Below, piece by piece: positions 5,888-7,938 of a DNA stretch of 7,938 nucleotides (position 1 is its first letter; each line of letters opens with the position of its first letter). Under the pieces are notes generated by a model. That model was given only the letters and a program-made list of their open reading frames with translations, ran no database searches and was not told where the DNA came from. The DNA is taken from the IMG/VR virus record IMGVR_UViG_3300022690_001911, positions 1 to 7,938 of that record, one strand, 5' to 3'. The translations under genes and the position numbers were made by a program. Source of the stretch: a virus.

Positions 5888-6484
5888 CTAGTTCGCATTC
5901 TTCTTTTTAGTTACGAGTAACGCTTTAAGCCCGATAGCTTCAACTTCACGATCAAGAAACATACCGTCATCATTTTGATATTTCACATCGGCAAACGCCG
6001 CATATGCCAACGCGACAATCGAATTCAAATCAAGCCCCGCCTCAAGCATCATCCTATAACGCCCACCTTCCAGACTCTCTAGCGACTTAGAAACATGAAC
6101 GATACCAGTTTCCTTTTTCTTTAAACGTGCCTTTTTGGCCCTCTCAGCGCCAGACATGGCATTACCTGAAGAAGGTCGACCACGCTTTTTAGGCATATTA
6201 TCAAGTTGTAGCTGAATTTCTTCCTTAACAACAGGCTCAGGCTCGATGCTCACTTTAAAATCATCATCTTCGTTAATGTATGCCACAGCAGCACGCTTAA
6301 GACCAGCCAACGAACCATCACACTTTAATGTCACGCCAGACTGAATATTATCAATATCCCCCTCCTGCTTAATCAGGAACGTTTCAGCGTCTTGATTCCA
6401 CTGAATAAACGCAAGCCTATTGTAGCCCTCTTTAATTTCCAGCGTGTTAGTACCTAACTTTCTGACATTTCGTGTAGTGATCAT
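5888..6484 (-). CDS. Hypothetical 198-aa protein with a central AT-hook-like basic segment (PKKRGRPSSGNAMSGAERAKKARLKKK); putative DNA-binding regulator
   Basis: The preferred start is ATG 6484, which has an AAGGAG SD (6499-6494) and lies downstream of a TATAAT promoter. The track's TTG 6541 and the ATG at 6514 both fall inside that promoter. The GRP-x(n)-MS-x-AER-basic pattern recalls small plasmid and phage regulatory proteins; this is from memory and not verified. Confidence 0.7.
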   Translation of the reverse strand: MITTRNVRKLGTNTLEIKEGYNRLAFIQWNQDAETFLIKQEGDIDNIQSGVTLKCDGSLAGLKRAAVAYINEDDDFKVSIEPEPVVKEEIQLQLDNMPKKRGRPSSGNAMSGAERAKKARLKKKETGIVHVSKSLESLEGGRYRMMLEAGLDLNSIVALAYAAFADVKYQNDDGMFLDREVEAIGLKALLVTKKKNAN

Positions 6485-6512
6485 TTCTTGAATCTCCTTA
6501 GTTGATGTAACC

Positions 6513-6541
6513 ATTATATCGTTACGCGTAACAATAAACAA
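6513..6541 (-). promoter_or_regulatory. Sigma70-type promoter TTGTTT-N17-TATAAT with the palindrome GTTACGCGTAAC in its spacer
   Basis: On the minus strand the -35 box TTGTTT is at 6541-6536, the spacer is 17 nt, and a perfect -10 box TATAAT is at 6518-6513. It probably drives the 198-aa ORF, and possibly the small ORFs and rep as well. Confidence 0.6.
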
Positions 6542-6639
6542 GCATTTTCGTTACGAATAACAATAAATCATCAACTTTTTTCGTTATGCGTATCATTAAT
6601 TAACTTTTCCAACCGAGCATTTGCGCTGTCACGCGTAAC
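6521..6639. repeat. Array of four related about-18-nt repeats with a 12-bp palindromic core: GTTACGCGTAAC (6521-6532), GTTACGAATAAC (6550-6561), GTTATGCGTATC (6583-6594), GTCACGCGTAAC (6628-6639), each followed by an A/T-rich AATAAA-like tail
   Basis: Read directly from the sequence. Start-to-start spacing is 29, 33 and 45 bp. The array spans the promoter of the 198-aa ORF and the 3' end of the 89-aa ORF. Confidence 0.85.
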
Positions 6640-6840
6640 AATTAAATCACTGACTTCTGCAATAACCTGCTCTAACTCCTCAATCCTAGCCTCCGCATTG
6701 TCAGCCCTAAGCTCATTAGCCTGACAGTTCGTTATGGCCCATAACGCCGCCTTGCTGGACGTACCAACCTCAGCGCGGTACTTTAATTCATTAATTAAAT
6801 TCAAAAACTCTTTAGTGTCATTATCAATTTTTACCAGCAT
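6571..6840 (-). CDS. Hypothetical 89-aa protein, predicted coiled coil
   Basis: AAGGAA SD 5 nt upstream of ATG 6840. A heptad-like acidic and basic helix (ELRADNAEARIEELEQVIAEVSDLI). First gene after the main intergenic region. Confidence 0.65.
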   Translation of the reverse strand: MLVKIDNDTKEFLNLINELKYRAEVGTSSKAALWAITNCQANELRADNAEARIEELEQVIAEVSDLIVTRDSANARLEKLINDTHNEKS

Positions 6841-6865
6841 CTTAATTCCTTGGTTTCATTAAGTT

Positions 6866-7036
6866 ATGGTACTATTTTAGCAAATAACTGATCGATGTAA
6901 AGGCTTTTTAGTACCATTTTTAGCTTTTATTTTCCCCAGGGACTTTAAAATCAGTACCAAAACAAACCCAGTGAATTTAACTTTGGTACTAATTTTAAGT
7001 TGCCGGTCGCGCGCCAGGTGCGTTAAACAGTACCAA
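6866..7036. promoter_or_regulatory. Main intergenic region / iteron cluster B (candidate origin, packaging signal or attP region)
   Basis: Inverted pair ATGGTACTA (6866-6874) / TAGTACCAT (6909-6917). CCCCAGGGA-N10-CAGTACC at 6934-6958. Inverted pair TTGGTACT (6983-6990) / AGTACCAA (7029-7036), which encloses the second copy of the 34-nt element (7001-7034). This is the largest non-coding gap after the assembly gene, like the Ff intergenic region. Confidence 0.7.
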
Positions 7037-7938
7037 TTACTCAAACCCGGACGTAGCCTGGGGCGCAGAATTAGTACTGTAAAAAGCGGCCTTAGTCTTG
7101 TTTAACCCACAAAAAACAGACTGGATTTGATCCTGATAAACCAAATCAACCAGACACGCCGTTTTGCGTAACACCTTAAATCCCATCAGGACCAAGTCAT
7201 CACTGTTAAAATGATACTCAGCCTGATTAATGGTTCCCGCAAACATATAAATGGACTGATTACGACCAGTGCTTAACACGGCCCCAGTGACCCAAATATC
7301 ATCGAAACGGCTTAAGTAAGGCATAGCTGACACATCAAACATTAAACCGCCGCCATCGCCATCAACCACCGCACGCTGAACGCGATCACCTTTATCACCA
7401 CTATTAGAATTAACACCCGAAACAGCACTTTCACCAGTAGCCAATGGAGCGCCTTTTTCAGCCGTGGCCACGTCCTTATTTTTACCCATCGAAACAGCGT
7501 TAGGTGCGTCTGCAAAAACAAGCAAATAAGTCCATATAGCGACCACAAACAATAACATGCCTGCAATTTTAGGGTCCTTAAAGATGCTTGTTCCCGCAAT
7601 CGAGTCGCTAACTTCCCCTGTTTTAGTCGATTCGTATAACTCAAAAATGTAGCTGGGTATTTTCTTATTTTTGACTGATATTTGATTAGAAGCAGAGGTG
7701 CCGTTATTTTCTTTATCATGAGTAATTTCCTTGTATCTGCCCTTGATCCCAATCACGGCCATGTTGACGTGACGATAGGCCATTTCCGTGTTTTCTTTCA
7801 GTACCGGATGGACTTTTTTAATGTTTGTGGTTGTTAATGAAAAGTCCCAATTGTGGTGCCGATGCATATCAAACGCCGCGTAAATATCCTCGGGCCTGTC
7901 GTCTTTTTCGGCTGCTTCGGCTCCATTTGGGTAATCAA
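7037..7938 (-). CDS. zot: Zot / pI-like assembly ATPase, 3' (C-terminal) part; the frame stays open to the window end, and 7795-7938 duplicates 1-144
   Basis: Same frame as 1-466 across the junction. Contains the single TM segment MLLFVVAIWTYLLVFA followed by a C-terminal, presumably periplasmic, domain, as in pI/Zot. Stop TAA at 7039-7037. The track's Met at 7867 is internal (residue 132 of 407). Confidence 0.9.
   Translation of the reverse strand, partial: DYPNGAEAAEKDDRPEDIYAAFDMHRHHNWDFSLTTTNIKKVHPVLKENTEMAYRHVNMAVIGIKGRYKEITHDKENNGTSASNQISVKNKKIPSYIFELYESTKTGEVSDSIAGTSIFKDPKIAGMLLFVVAIWTYLLVFADAPNAVSMGKNKDVATAEKGAPLATGESAVSGVNSNSGDKGDRVQRAVVDGDGGGLMFDVSAMPYLSRFDDIWVTGAVLSTGRNQSIYMFAGTINQAEYHFNSDDLVLMGFKVLRKTACLVDLVYQDQIQSVFCGLNKTKAAFYSTNSAPQATSGFE
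7795..7938. repeat. Terminal redundancy, copy 2 (identical to 1-144)
   Basis: Same as copy 1. The offset between copies is 7,794 bp, which is the genome length. Confidence 0.95.

Larger units (their letters stand above)
1..7794 (-). mobile_element. Complete circular filamentous phage (inovirus) genome unit, 7,794 bp, permuted so that the zot/pI-like gene spans the window ends
   Basis: An exact 144-nt direct repeat at both ends (1-144 = 7795-7938) closes the circle. The minus strand carries the canonical inovirus module order: HUH Rep, small ORF in the ssDNA-binding position, small TM ORFs, 76-aa major coat, long Cys-rich pIII-like, Ace/pVI-like, Zot/pI-like. ORFs are co-oriented and tightly packed with overlapping stop/start codons. 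Confidence 0.9.

Noticed and set aside
6485-6541. TTG 6541 or ATG 6514 as the start of the 217-aa ORF
   Set aside because: Both fall inside the TTGTTT-N17-TATAAT promoter and the palindrome. ATG 6484 has a strong AAGGAG SD. The ATG at 6514 cannot be fully excluded if read-through transcripts from the 89-aa gene are translated.
6521-6639. The repeat array as a mini-CRISPR
   Set aside because: The repeats are short and degenerate (12-bp core), irregularly spaced (29, 33 and 45 bp), palindromic like operators, and partly inside a CDS. There are no cas genes.
7014-7041. A dif-like XerCD site (GGTGCGTTAAA CAGTAC CAATTACTCAA)
   Set aside because: Only the XerC-arm half resembles the recalled dif consensus (8 of 11). 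The XerD arm matches about 3 of 11, and the host dif is unknown. I kept it as a remark under the cluster B finding and do not call it an attP.
7342-7752. 136-aa minus-strand ORF
   Set aside because: It is an alternative frame nested in the zot-like gene, has a Leu/Arg/Lys-rich composition, and shows no start signals.

Overview
The window is one complete, circularly closed filamentous-phage (Inoviridae) genome of 7,794 bp. Bases 1-144 are identical to 7795-7938, so the sequence overlaps itself; the break point falls inside the zot/pI-like assembly ATPase gene, which is split across the two window ends. Thirteen of 14 supportable ORFs lie on the minus strand, so the packaged (+) strand is probably the window's minus strand.

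Gene order on the minus strand:
- 89-aa coiled-coil ORF
- 198-aa basic/AT-hook-like ORF
- two small coupled ORFs (41 and 48 aa)
- 538-aa HUH rolling-circle Rep
- one divergent plus-strand ribbon-helix-helix (RHH) regulator
- 100-aa ORF in the ssDNA-binding-protein position
- 47-aa and 77-aa membrane ORFs
- 76-aa major coat protein with a signal peptide
- strong terminator, overlapped by a possible 25-aa ORF
- 463-aa Cys-rich pIII-like adsorption protein
- Ace/pVI-like protein
- Zot/pI-like protein

The genes are tightly packed, with TAATG, ATGA and TAGTG stop/start overlaps. There is no secretin, integrase, tRNA or CRISPR.

Points worth follow-up:
1. A GGTACT/AGTACC iteron family, plus a 34-nt structured element (a GC hairpin with a bulged A, then CAGTACC 8 nt downstream), occurs in two separate intergenic regions. 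The two copies bracket the 3.3-kb replication/regulation module.
2. A 12-bp palindrome, GTTACGCGTAAC, forms a four-copy array over a near-consensus promoter. Three further near-perfect copies sit inside distant genes.
3. A palindromic operator overlaps the -35 box of the structural-operon promoter, next to the RHH gene.
4. The pIII-like protein has Asp-rich Ca-binding-type repeats and a 3 x 18-bp tandem repeat.
5. The 89-aa and 198-aa accessory ORFs are uncharacterised.

All homology statements come from reading the translations and from memory of the protein families. No database search was possible.
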